A DNA stretch of 64,000 nucleotides, from the NCBI GenBank assembly GCA_044892525.1, contig CM097885.1, positions 17,920,001 to 17,984,000 of the forward strand, written 5' to 3'. Position 1 is the stretch's first letter; the number at the start of each line of letters is the position of its first letter. The position numbers and the translations under genes were made by a program. Shown in pieces: positions 1 through 11,219 of the stretch. The DNA is from Schmidtea polychroa. Its lineage: Eukaryota. The notes under the pieces were generated by a model. It had not been told where the DNA came from, searched no databases, and worked only from the letters and a program-made list of their open reading frames with translations.

Positions 1-3000
1 CATCTTCTTGGCAGGAGTGAGTCTACCCTATGGCTGTAGGATCCAGCCTTTGGGACAGCAGATTGTTTCAGATTTTTCATTTCTTTTCCTTCCTCGCTGT
101 ATCCTCACCATACGGCACCATTTGGTATTGCCAAAGTACTTTCAGGATCTTGTAACCCATAGACACAGCTCCAGATATCTTTTTATTATCTGATTCAATG
201 GTCATCCCCTCCGACCCCGCCAAATTTTACGTTCGAAATATCGTTCTCCTTTCTCTCCTTCCACCCTCTTTTGCCCAATTCCCCGCACAGTTCCGGTATG
301 TGTAGAACATCTTTGCTGTCCAACTCAATACCTTAACTGACATGATTTTTCCATCCGCCTTACTTATTCCGATGCCTTTCAGCCTTTCCCATGATCCTTG
401 ATACATATTTCCTCGCCAGTTAAAGGTGATCGAGCCAAACTCCACCGATGTTGCACCTCTCGCCTTGCATCACTCTTGAACATCCTCCACGTTGTACTTA
501 ATGTATTTATTCTCATGCCTTTCCCGGAGATTCGCATGGTCTGTCACAATTTGAGTGTCGAGGACAATCGCTTTCGTCCCTCGAACACATACCAGGTGTG
601 GTTTCAAACAGGTCGTACGAAACTTGATGATTGGCTCCACAAATCCAATCCATCCTCTCCAAGCTCTGCATGGCGTAGTTTGTAACGTTGTCATGTCTCA
701 CAGATCGCATGTTCTTAACACACGGACAACTCTGTGATATGTGATTAAGACTTTCAGGTTGCCCATCACATCCTTTATCACACATCATTTCGTTTCCGAT
801 CTTTCTACCTCCTCGACCTGTCCTTGTTTTCGTCTGGAACAGGTTGACCCTCACTTTGACGCAGCCAATAAATTACCATCTTACCATCTAGAAGCCTCGT
901 CGTAGAATCCAATTATGAATAAAGGGAACTTCACTCGATCCGTTCAAGCCATAACCATCATTACTCTCGTACAGCCAATTCTTCATCGCTTCATAGTAGT
1001 CGTTTTTGGTCTTCATGTCTTGCCCATTAACTTTTATCGGTTTCCGACTTTTTCAGTCGTTTTAAGATCGCGGGGTGCTGCAGAAGATTAACAACACTTT
1101 GATCTCCCGAATCTACCAAACTCTCCAGTCGTTCTACGATCCCGTATTGGATTTCTGCTCTAATCGAAGGTATCCCCAGACCACCGTCCCCACACTTACT
1201 GTTGATAAACGCCGCCGTAGTGTCATTTGGCAGCTTCAGCCATTCCCGTACAAACCTTCTTGTTATCTTATCCAGTTCCCGCAATTCTCCTAACCTCGAC
1301 TGCCCCAATATCGCACGATGCATGATACTAGGGATCAAGAAACTACGAAGTATCTCCAGGCGCTGTTGCGGTTTAAGATGTGCTTTGGTAATTTCAAGCA
1401 ACTTCTCAACATAGGAAGTACCAATATTCGCTTTAACCTTCCCATGTGAGTTAAAATACACATCAAGGTATTTATAAGTTGAATCGGGGTCGGAGCTTAT
1501 ATGAGGCACGTTCCCATCATTGGTAGTCAGTACATCTGACGTAACGAACCACTTCTTATGGCCATCCCTCTGTGCCGTTATTGATGCACACTTAACTGGA
1601 TTGGGATCCAGTCCATTCCTTTTGATCTCTGCTAGGGCTACCTTCTTTACTCTCGGCACATAAGACGATATCGTCCGCATAAGCCAGAATCGGTACTTTC
1701 CTACCTCCAAGTCGGTACCCCATACCAGTTTTCTCCACTTCACCAATCGCTTGCTCAACAATGTTATTAAATAGGATCGATGAGAGTGGATCACCCTGTT
1801 TCACTCCGCGGTTCATCATTGCGGTTACTGTCCCGATCGTCGTAGACGTGCTAGTGTAGCAATTCTTGATATAGTTGACAAGAACCTTCGGGTATCTCTG
1901 AATCTTTGCACCTCTAATTATCAACTCATGGTTCACAGAGTCAAATGCTTTCCTCATTTTCCTTTCCTATAAACGCCAGAGATATAGGGCATCGTACAAC
2001 AAAGCCTCTAGGAGGCAAATGTTTTCCAGCGTTCCGTCACATTTCGTGAAACCCTTCTGAGCATTTGAGACTTGGGCCTATTTCGCGACCCGACTCGCCA
2101 AAATCTTGTGAAAACCACGTGTCAACACAGAGCTAATTTCCCCCTTCCCTGGGATCCTTAATTTTAGGAATTAGTCGTGCGACTATTCTTGAGATAATCC
2201 GTGATGTGACCAGATTTCAGCATGAGACTGAACAACTTGCATATCACTCGCGCCGAAATTTTCCTTACTTGAGCAACACTTAATCTGTCCGGTCCTTTTG
2301 CCGTATCCAGCTCCATCTTTTTGAAGCTATAGGTAACACTCCATCTCTACCGGAGCAATCATTTCGGTGATTTCCGCTCTTGCCACCACTGTACTGTCAT
2401 CTTTTTCACTTGGTGTCTCAAACACCTTCCAATATACATCCATACCTTCGATTATTTGAAGTTGAGAACCACACTCTCTCCATTTTCCATCCAATACCCG
2501 ATGCGCAGCACTCCTGCGATCGCTCTTATATAGATTCTGCAGCTCAGCATATTGCATTTTCCGCAACTCCTTTTTTGTTGCTCTCTTAACAACCTCAAAA
2601 TCCTTTCCACCCTTTTTCTTTTTGGTTGCAAGTGACCCTTGTCTGTATTTCCTTGTCAGCTTTTCTGCGAATTCGTCCAGTAAAATCACCCGCCCATTTT
2701 GATCCGAATCGATAGCCTTATCCAACAGTTCTTCATACCAGTTTTTTTCAGGAACCTTTCCTTGATACTTTTCTAGGGATCTCAGATATTGTTCTATATC
2801 CGGTTTCGATGTTTCGTCTCTAATCCAGAACATTCCGTGATCTTGTTCCTCCGACATAATGCCCCCTGTTGGGCTATTAGTTTGTTCCTCTTGGAGTTCA
2901 TCCATGGTTTCCTTCTTTAGCTGTCCCCTAATGGATTCGGCTGTTCGACCCTGACCGTGGACTTTTGACAGTGCCTTCGAATCCAGACCATTCACCACTA

Positions 3001-3431
3001 CTTCCCTCGCTAGGATCTGAATTTACTATTCCAGCCATCTCGATTTCTTTACGACCCTTTCACCCAGCTCTTTTTCTATTATAGCATCCGTCTTCTCCCT
3101 GTGAGCATTCTTCTGGTGCACGCCTCTGCCAATTTTTGTTTTGAAAACCTTACAAAAATTGCATTTATACATCTCGACCTCGCCCGATAAATCCCGGACC
3201 GCACCATTCACTGATAAATCGTTATTTATAGTGTTGTTTGTCATGGTGTTTTTAGGCGACGACGGTTTTGTGGACCGAAGTGCCTGTAGATAGCTTCCCA
3301 GAAGCGCTTGCTGAGGTTGGACATTCCCCAGCTTAACATTTTTATCGATTTGTCCTGACCACTCGGGATAGGAGTTGCCTCCTTTTGGCTCTATAGGTTT
3401 CCCTACAGTTACCCTGAGCTTCTAGTCGTTC

Positions 3432-3622
3432 GAAAAGAATTACGTTTTGTTGCCATTCTTGGGAGAATGGGGAACGAGAGTAACCACGAGGTAGTAAATC
3501 TTTTCTTTCCGCTCTCGCAGGAGATATCTCCTACCAGGGACGCTAGCCTGCAGCACATCGGCCATCCCTTACAGGATGGACTGATCAAGGGCTTTGGGAC
3601 AAGATTACCATAACTCAAATAG

Positions 3623-3643
<21 letters not shown>
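3432..3643 (-). ncRNA. Candidate HDV-like self-cleaving ribozyme of the R2 5' UTR (possibly degenerate)
   Basis: P1 GGGAGTA (3637-3643) / TACTCTC (3476-3482); P2 GAAAAGA (3499-3505) / TCTTTTC (3432-3438); P3/L3 ACT-ACCTCGT-GGT (3483-3495); P4 CCATTCT/AGAATGG (3453-3470). Elements are in HDV order. P1.1 and J4/2 are non-canonical. Confidence 0.6.
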
Positions 3644-3653
<10 letters not shown>

Positions 3654-3692
3654 AGAGCTTAGTAGAATTACTTCTATATAACATTCGTAGCA
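3623..3692 (-). other. 28S rRNA-derived fragment (R2 target upstream flank), not a functional rRNA gene
   Basis: Reverse complement of 3623-3653 is GGTAAACGGCGGGAGTAACTATGACTCTCTT, the conserved 28S sequence just upstream of the R2 site. 3654-3692 is collinear but diverged (TGCTACGAATGTTATATAGAAGTAATTCTACTAAGCTCT). No other rDNA in the window. Confidence 0.9.
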
Positions 3693-3694
3693 AA

Positions 3695-4366
3695 GCCGAA
3701 TTAATTATTAGAATCGAAGAACGTAGAACATTACTCCGATGTGCTTCAGTTCTTACAAAATCCTTTAGAATATGAAATATCAAAGGATAACATAAATTAT
3801 GGATTATTTAATAAACTAAATAAAAGCGCAATAATCAAAACTATTATTTCAATTATTGAGCGCTTGGTAATAAATATTGATATAAATAAGGAAACAGGAA
3901 CTGAATCATTTGAAGATGAGACAATAAATTTGTCCGTAACCGTACCACAACAGTTGACAATGAAAGAACGGTTAAAAATCGCCATTCAAAAGAAAAATGA
4001 AGTTAATTTTGGCGCTTTGGCTACTTCACCAATTAAAAACAAAAAAATAGAGAATATAATCTAAAAAAAATGAATTCTATTGCGAAGGAAAAAATCCAAC
4101 GAGTGTGGAATCAGAAAGAGCCTTTTCTGCTGCAGGAAAATTGATCATATCATATGTAAAAATATTTTTACTCTCTTTGTTTAATGAATTGTGATTGTAA
4201 TATTTTTTATTTAATAATAATATGTAATAACAATGAATTTAACAATAACATTTAAATTTTCTATTATTTCTATCATTTTACCGATAAATTACCGGTAAAC
4301 CGATAAAGTGATGAATTTTTTACCGTTTACCGTTAAATGAAAATTCCGGTAAATTAGCAGTTCCTA
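3695..4366 (+). mobile_element. hAT transposon 3' remnant (transposase C-terminus plus terminal repeat), interrupted by the R2
   Basis: AELIIRIEERR at the start; SVESERAFSAAGK hAT dimerisation motif at ~4100-4140; ACCGGTAAA subterminal repeats ending in ...GCAGTTCCTA (TAGG-type hAT terminus). Confidence 0.7.
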
Positions 4367-4967
4367 TGTAGAACCCACAATATCTTTGCGCACATTGATA
4401 CCAAATTCAGCTAAATGTCGTTTCATTGCCTCAACTATATCAAGAGCAGGACATGAGCCAAGAATACGCACAAGACCAGTTTTCGATTTTTCTATGAAGA
4501 TTTACACTAAAAAATCGTCTTCCTCTCATGGTGGTTTATTCGTCAACATACTGTATTCTGCTCCAATTTTGAGTTTTTCCTGGATGCTGGCAATGATTGA
4601 GTTTCTTTCATCGTAATCTTCGTGAACTAATTTCATGACATCACGTTCTGTTCCTGGAAGTTTGTATTAATCTCGAAATATTGATTTCCTGTTATAACTA
4701 TTTCTTGTTATAGTTCTAATGGATATTTCATCTGTTGCGAGGTTTGAAATGATTTATTTTAGACAATGTCGGTAGAAAAAATCTTTAATTGTCTCTGGTC
4801 TCTTTTCTTCTGGCTTTTCTGAATCTGTATTTTGAGTAGTTTTATCGACATTGATTCCATGAGTCATGATACTTTCCTTGATAATTTTATTACATCGTCC
4901 ACATTTTGCCTCTAATTCTTTAGTAAGTGCAATTTTGCGCTTTGTAGTGTATTCCCATACATCTGAC

Positions 4968-7149
4968 GGTTACATGACAAAATTACACAATACGAAATTA
5001 CACAAGACGAAATTACACAAGACGAAATTACACAAGACGAAATTACACAAGACGAAATTACACGGGATGAAATTACACTGAGACGAAATTACACGGGATG
5101 AAATTACACAAGACGAAATTACACTAAAAAATAGTAAGAAACAAAATTAAAAAAAATAGTTTAAATTTTAATAAAAAGTTTTAATATAAAAATTAGTAAA
5201 AAGTTTTAAAAAATTAGTAAAAGTTAAGTATTAAATTTAGCAATGAATATATTAACAATTTTAAATAATAAAATAATAAAAATTTAAGTAAAAAAATAAT
5301 TATAATATTTAATAATTAATAAATATATATATTCAAATTACTAGTTTTTCTCTTTAATAATAACATAATTTTTTATTTTATGAATAGTGAGAGATAAAGT
5401 AAAAAAATAAAATCAAACATTTAATGTTAAGTAATATGAGCTATTGACCACAAAAACTCTAATCGTCTATTAGGGTTATAATTAAGTACGATTCTCGAAA
5501 TTCGTTGTTTTAAATTAGTGTAACGAATACGTCCTGGATTTATTTGACCAGTTAAATGCTGTAAATAATTTGTATGCTGCAATGATAACTCTTTGATCAT
5601 ATTATTAAGAAATTTCCAAATTGTTGGATGGGAACATTGGAAAAGAGATTGTATCCCATAATGCCATCCTTCTATACAATTTGTAGTTCTTGCTACGCAG
5701 TTTGCTGCTGATTCCCTATGGTTCCAAGATACTATAGTAAATAATGGATCCTTGTAAATTCCATTTCTTAGCTGCCTACCTCGAATATATGTAAGCTCAA
5801 AATAGGTGAGTATTTGATCAACTTGTTCACTAAATTCATTATATTCGACGAATAGTTCAGAAACTTCTAAAAATGCCTCCACGACGTCTTCGACTGGCAG
5901 TAAAGCTAGAGATGCTAACATTTTGATATGTATTGCAAAAGGAGGATTAGATTCATATAACGATTTAAGACCACACTCATTTACTTTTCGCTGAATAGAT
6001 TGAGATAAATGAAAGAAACATCCGCCAGTTTCTATATTTTCAAATACACTGCGAAAAGCTTTCATTGCCGCAGTTTCAAAATCTGTTAATATTTTTCTTG
6101 GCCGTGCCTGGGGAATTATTTCCAGCAACATATTTAACATTTTGACATAAATTCTTTCTTCTTTTCCTGGCAGAAGAGCTAGTAGACAAGGAAAAGCGAC
6201 ACCTGATTCATATTGAACATGAATGCTATAAAGTTGATAATATATTTCTGGTACAACTTTAAATGTGCCATCTGCTAGCCAAAGATCATTGACTACAAGT
6301 AACTCTAGAAGTGTTCTGTGACCTAGTAATATTATGCGTTCTGGGTCATCTACTCCGGAATCATGAATAACCCAGCTTGCATATATCTCTGGTATTTCAA
6401 AATTTTTATTATTTGGAATCGCAGGAACATTCCTGAGTGTCTTAGCTTTTGACGCGTTTAAACGCCTTGTCAATGAGCTTTTCTTTGGTAGTCCAATTTT
6501 TAATCCATCCGCTGCAGTCATTATATTGTCTGTTATGACTGATCGAGCAGTTGCACCTGGGTGAGACATTTTATCTTTCATCGCATTAGTCAGTTTGTGT
6601 GATTTTGCTTCAAACACTTTATTTTCATGAGAATGCTCCGAGGGCTCACGAATAATCTTGTCGTCTTTAGTGTGGAGCAAAGATCGACATTTTAAAGTTC
6701 TAAATTTTGAACATCGCCAGTGTGTAGTCCCTTTTATAGTTTGACGATGTTGAATAAACTCAAATCCTTTATAAATAATGATTTTTCCACCTTTGTTGCT
6801 GATACTATACTCAAAGTTATCCATGGTGCGCAATGAAGAAAATTTGATGAATAAAATATCAATATAAGCAATAGACTAATAGAATTTAGTTTTATAGATT
6901 TTGTATATATAATTGTAAAAATAATATTAAAAGAGAGAAATAAGCTTTTATAATGATATTAATTTATTTAATAAGTTTCTAAAAATTTAATACTTAACTT
7001 TTACTAATTTTTTTAAAACTTTTTATAAAAAATTTTCTACTAATTTTTTTTCTACTAATTTCGTCTTGTGTAATTTCATCCCGTGTAATTTCGTCTCAGT
7101 GTAATTTCATCCTGTGTAATTTCGTCTTGTGTAATTTCGTCCTGACACC
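4968..7149 (-). mobile_element. Mutator-like (MULE) DNA transposon with TIRs built from 15-bp tandem repeats
   Basis: Left end GGTTACATGACAAAATTACAC plus ~10 copies of (AAGACGAAATTACAC); right end is the inverted array ending GTCCTGACACC. Encloses an intact transposase ORF. No clean 9-bp TSD. Confidence 0.9.
5427..6824 (-). CDS. FLYWCH-MULE transposase (~465 aa, uninterrupted)
   Basis: N-terminal FLYWCH-type finger (F..H..WRCS..C....H.H); DDE triad WLADGTF / LTDFE / TTNCIEGWH; CxxH motif GCFFHL. First ATG at 6824. Confidence 0.9.
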   Translation of the reverse strand: MDNFEYSISNKGGKIIIYKGFEFIQHRQTIKGTTHWRCSKFRTLKCRSLLHTKDDKIIREPSEHSHENKVFEAKSHKLTNAMKDKMSHPGATARSVITDNIMTAADGLKIGLPKKSSLTRRLNASKAKTLRNVPAIPNNKNFEIPEIYASWVIHDSGVDDPERIILLGHRTLLELLVVNDLWLADGTFKVVPEIYYQLYSIHVQYESGVAFPCLLALLPGKEERIYVKMLNMLLEIIPQARPRKILTDFETAAMKAFRSVFENIETGGCFFHLSQSIQRKVNECGLKSLYESNPPFAIHIKMLASLALLPVEDVVEAFLEVSELFVEYNEFSEQVDQILTYFELTYIRGRQLRNGIYKDPLFTIVSWNHRESAANCVARTTNCIEGWHYGIQSLFQCSHPTIWKFLNNMIKELSLQHTNYLQHLTGQINPGRIRYTNLKQRISRIVLNYNPNRRLEFLWSIAHIT

Positions 7150-8374
7150 ACATAATAATAACAACAATTATTTTTTTACAATTTTTTTAAAATTAAATAA
7201 ATAGCGTCGCTAAGTATACTAAAAGTGAAAACTTGTATAAATAAATAAATATCGATAATTTTAAAAATCGTCATTCTGTTAAATATATTGTGTTTTTAGC
7301 AGTTTAGTTGCAGAAATTCCTTTACAAAAAATTTCAAAAAAACAGTAAAAACAGTCTAGGAAAAAATGACTGTTGACTGTTTTTGAAAAACCCTACGGAG
7401 TAGGAATGTTTTCTCTTTTTTGTTTTCTCTTTGGGTTTCGCTGTTTTGGAGGTTAGGATTTTTATTTTGTCCATTAGTTTTTCATTTATCTGTTGCAGTT
7501 TTATCATTTTCCTGGTAAGGTTTCGCGATAGAGTTATGTATATTCATCACAAAATTAATCACTTAATAATAGTATCAAATGAACCACATCTTCACTATGA
7601 TGCATTAAAAACTGAAGTGGTGATGATAAAGACCCTGACAAGGAGTATAACAATTGGTAATACTAATTTAACTTAAGAAACCATATGGTTAACTTGAGTT
7701 TGAGAGGACATCATGGGTGATTACTCTGCTGTAGAGCCAACAAACATAGGAAATTAGTAAATAAAAATAATGACTTAAAATCAACAAGTAGACAGCACGA
7801 TTGCTGATAGGTGCATAGATTCTAACTGTGTCAGCGGGTGGCACTAATTAAGAATTTATCTGTTTATTTTTAATATAATAATAATATAAAAGTTGGAGAG
7901 CAGGGCGTGATAATTCCATTGCTTGGAGCTCCACCAGTACATGATCGTCGAATTTCGATGTAGGCAGAGCAGGTCGATCATGAACTGCAGAATCGGTCAT
8001 AACCTGAGTCTAATTCGACTAAACGAACCATTTAAGAATAAGCAATAGATAATAGATAATAATGAAACCAATTAGTCTGTCCCAAACAATATAAAATGTA
8101 AATAATATTATGAAATATATTATTTTCCTGTTTTCCAGAAAATGACGATTAGGACGTTAATAAGACGGTTTGGAAAGGTTTAGAGATGACATTGGATTTG
8201 AGTTATCCTATTCCCTTCCTTAATGTTCCTATAATAGACGCAAAGTAAAATAAAAATAACAATAAATTAAGCAAAACAAAAACAAAGATTTTTGCTCAAA
8301 ATATTTTAGTGAATAAAATATTATTATAAGACCATTTTTTTCCAATTTCACCACTGATTATTTTTTCAATTAAA

Positions 8375-8557
8375 TTTATTAAAAAGAGCTTGAAAACTAT
8401 AAATCAGTAATATATCGATGTTTTTTGATACTCACGAATTTTCAGCACTACCTTTTTCAAGAAATTCACTTGAAAAAGGCAGTGCTGAAAATTCGTGAGT
8501 ATCAAAAAACATCAATGTATTACTGATTTATAGTCTTCACGCTCTCTTTTTAATAAA
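8375..8557. repeat. Long imperfect palindrome (~87-bp arms, 7-nt loop), foldback/MITE-like
   Basis: TTTATTAAAAAGAG...GAATTTTCAGCACTACCTTTTTCAAG-AAATTCA-CTTGAAAAAGGCAGTGCTGAAAATTC...CTCTTTTTAATAAA. Related arms at ~18230-18345 and ~51665-51760. Confidence 0.85.
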
Positions 8558-10003
8558 ATATTAATTCATAAATTTAAATAAATGAAATGTTAACTATTAA
8601 CTCAGGATCACATTAAATATATGGGAGTTTGACCAAACAAGCATAAACAAAAAATTGGTATGAAAGGATGCCAAACGAGATGCTAAATACAAAAATAAAA
8701 TCAATGGGTACCTATTTAGAGGGTAACATTTAACGGAAATTAAAATTAATTAAAAATTAATTAGCTATTTGAAAACCCGGATTGTAAACAAAATTATATA
8801 ATTAGATATAGGGAAACTGATGAATAAAGGGTAACCAGAGATGAAAGGGCACTCGAATTCTATTAAAATTTAATAAAATTTGCCCCTAGACAAATGAGTT
8901 ATGTTAAAAATCCGAAACCCCTCATTTTGACAAATTTTTGTAAACAAAATTAATAAATTCAAGAGAGCCCTATCATTAAATCAATTTAAAAATAAGAAAA
9001 GAATTTAATTACGAAAGCAATATAAAAAGGGGAGACAAGCTTGTGAAATGGCCACTTGGTCGAAGAAAAAGTTAGAAATTTGAAAGGTTAGAATAACATC
9101 TAACATAACTTAGTGCGAACCAAAAAATATTTTTTATGATAATTTAGAAAACTAAAACTTAAATAATTACAAAATAATTTTTTTATTTTTTAAGATATAA
9201 TTTGAACTAGTTGATTTACTCATATCAGATAAATTCTTGTCGCGCTAAAACTTTTTCCAAATATTTAATTTCATAAAAATGAGATTCTCCGTTTTATAGT
9301 AGGAATATAGCCTATATAGTATAATTTCCCTTCTCTAGGAATGCTGATGTTCTGATACGTCTTTGTGTTCATAGCTTACCACTCAAGATAAATAACTAAG
9401 TCGACACTGGTTAATATATTTTATTGATTTTACAAATATAAAATGGTTACCTGATAAAAATGTCACAACTTTTGAAGGGTCAAAGCGTATTTTATTAATT
9501 TAAACTATGCTCTCATCTAAATACACAATATGAATCAAAATAAATTAACACAAATATATCTCAAAATTAATAAGTTAATGATCACATAAATAATCTTTAA
9601 ATTTTAAACACGTCATCACAGAATTATCATTGGAATTAAAATGAATTTGTTAAATCATAAATTTACATAAAATTAACATATCCTCATTGGTCATTGTTGA
9701 AATCTCGAATTCCAATATCATCTCTGTTATTATGATATTTTATTATTATTATTACTAATAGTGTTTATAGTAATGATTATTTGTAATGTATATGCGTGTA
9801 ACAAGAAGATTTGTTAGAACCCAGTCGAGGTGCTAGTGTGTTGATTTCGACAATTAAAATAAATATTAAATAGCCATAAATTATAAAAATTAATTTAACT
9901 ATTACGTTTATTTAAAGAACAGATTAAATATCAACCTTCAAGTTTGGGAGACTGGGAATTCTACGGTATATACAGATTGAATTTAGTTTTTAAATAATCG
10001 TTC

Positions 10004-10857
10004 TGTTGGGTTTGTGTGCAAGCCGGTATCACGGTCTGACTCCTTTGTGTTCTTTATCAAAATCAAGATAACCCAACACAATAATTTTATTCAATACTAA
10101 TACAAGTACACTTGTTGGTTACACTCTTTATTGAACAATTTCAATCTTTAATAACTCTGATCTGCACTTTTCCATAGTACAATAAATCTCACGTAGGGAT
10201 AATCTTCCAACGGGAGATGTCCCTTTCTGGTACGTTCGATTTCTAAATATCTAATTATCACAACTGCTAAATCCTTTTACTCACTTGTTTAATTCTACTA
10301 ACTTTTCTTCGACCAACTGGCATTTTGTTTTCTTGGCAGTTGCTTTTATACTCGCTTGATAATTGACTTTATTTTTGCCAATTATTTTTGGTCTTATTTC
10401 CCCCCAGACTTCCTCTTGGAGGTCTAATTCAATTGAAGGGAATTGGCTCATTTTCTTTGACGGCGCTTATTACTTTTTTATCCGGCTAAATTAATTGCCT
10501 TCCCAAGGTTGGATTTCTCCGGCTAAATTAATTGCCTTCCCAAAATTGGATTTCTCAATTCGCTCGGGTTTTCCATTGTATCGGGTTTCCCATTAGCTCG
10601 GGTTTTCCATTAGTTAATTAATTTTTGTTTTTTGTAATTTATTCCTTTTAGGGACCCCCCCATTGATTTTATTTTATTATAGCTGAACTCGTCTCATTAT
10701 TTAGCATCCGCCCATACCAGTTTCCCCCAGAAAATATTCATTTTTTTTAAAATTTTTGATTTTTAATTAATATTTTGTACTTTAAATTTTTATTTTGAAT
10801 TTGGTGTTTTTGTCAATTTTCACCTCATTTTTGTGCCTCTCTTGTTGAACCCCAACA
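10004..10857. mobile_element. Solo LTR (Gypsy-type)
   Basis: Termini TGTTGGG...CCCAACA flanked by a 4-bp TSD GTTC/GTTC; internal short tandem duplications at ~10480-10610. Confidence 0.8.
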
Positions 10858-11219
10858 GTTCCAATATAAACCAGATTGAATTGAGATATACTTTTGTACC
10901 AGGTAATTGTTGGGATTAATTATTACTATTGGTTTTCCGATAATGAAAGCTTTCTTATTTCGCTCTTATTTCGTTTTATTACCATTCATTAAATAATAAA
11001 TTATTTTTTTATTGATAATTTTTTTAATTTTGAAAATTCTCTATAGTAATAATTTACTAGAGATTTAATTTTTTTACAACATCGTCAACAATAATATAAA
11101 AATAACAATTATAAATCCTAATTACAAATAAAAATTTAACATAACACTTCAATCTCTAACCAATAATTAATCTTTGTTTTGTACATGAATGTTTATCTTG
11201 TATTTGTCGTTCTCTAACG

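Larger units (their letters stand above)
1..3692 (-). mobile_element. R2-clade (RLE) non-LTR retrotransposon, frameshifted/degenerate; 3' end runs off the window
   Basis: Minus-strand ORF pieces in R2 order: single C2H2 finger CNFCKVFKTKIGRGVHQKNAH (3026-3244); Myb-like GRTAESIRGQLK (2327-2998); RT with KAFDSV, RGVKQGDPLS and LAYADD (1592-1957); thumb region YKYL..., LKPQQRLEILR, GGLGIP (1027-1794); CCHC knuckle ESLNHISQSC..RHD (513-854); RLE nuclease KP(H)LV..LDTQIV..K..KY and NWRG (227-694). 28S target sequence at the 5' end. Confidence 0.93.
4367..7395 (-). mobile_element. Second hAT remnant (5' end and N-terminal transposase) hosting the MULE insertion
   Basis: Minus strand begins TAGGGTTTTTCAAAAACAGTC at 7395. 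4367-4960 encodes WEY..AKCGRCNKII (BED-like) and GLVRILGSCPA..HLAEFGINVRKDIVGST with stops and frameshifts. Confidence 0.6.

Noticed and set aside
115..130. TACCAAATG on the minus strand as the downstream 28S junction (TAGCCAAATG)
   Set aside because: It is imperfect and not followed by CCTCGTCATC; the R2 3' end is probably outside the window.
3623..3692. Functional 28S rRNA gene
   Set aside because: Only ~70 nt match; the flanks are R2 and hAT sequence.
4975..5125. Regular 15-bp repeats resembling a CRISPR array, and the KLHKT-repeat ORF 4866-5081
   Set aside because: There are no unique spacers, the array is mirrored at 7060-7149 as a MULE TIR, and the context is eukaryotic.
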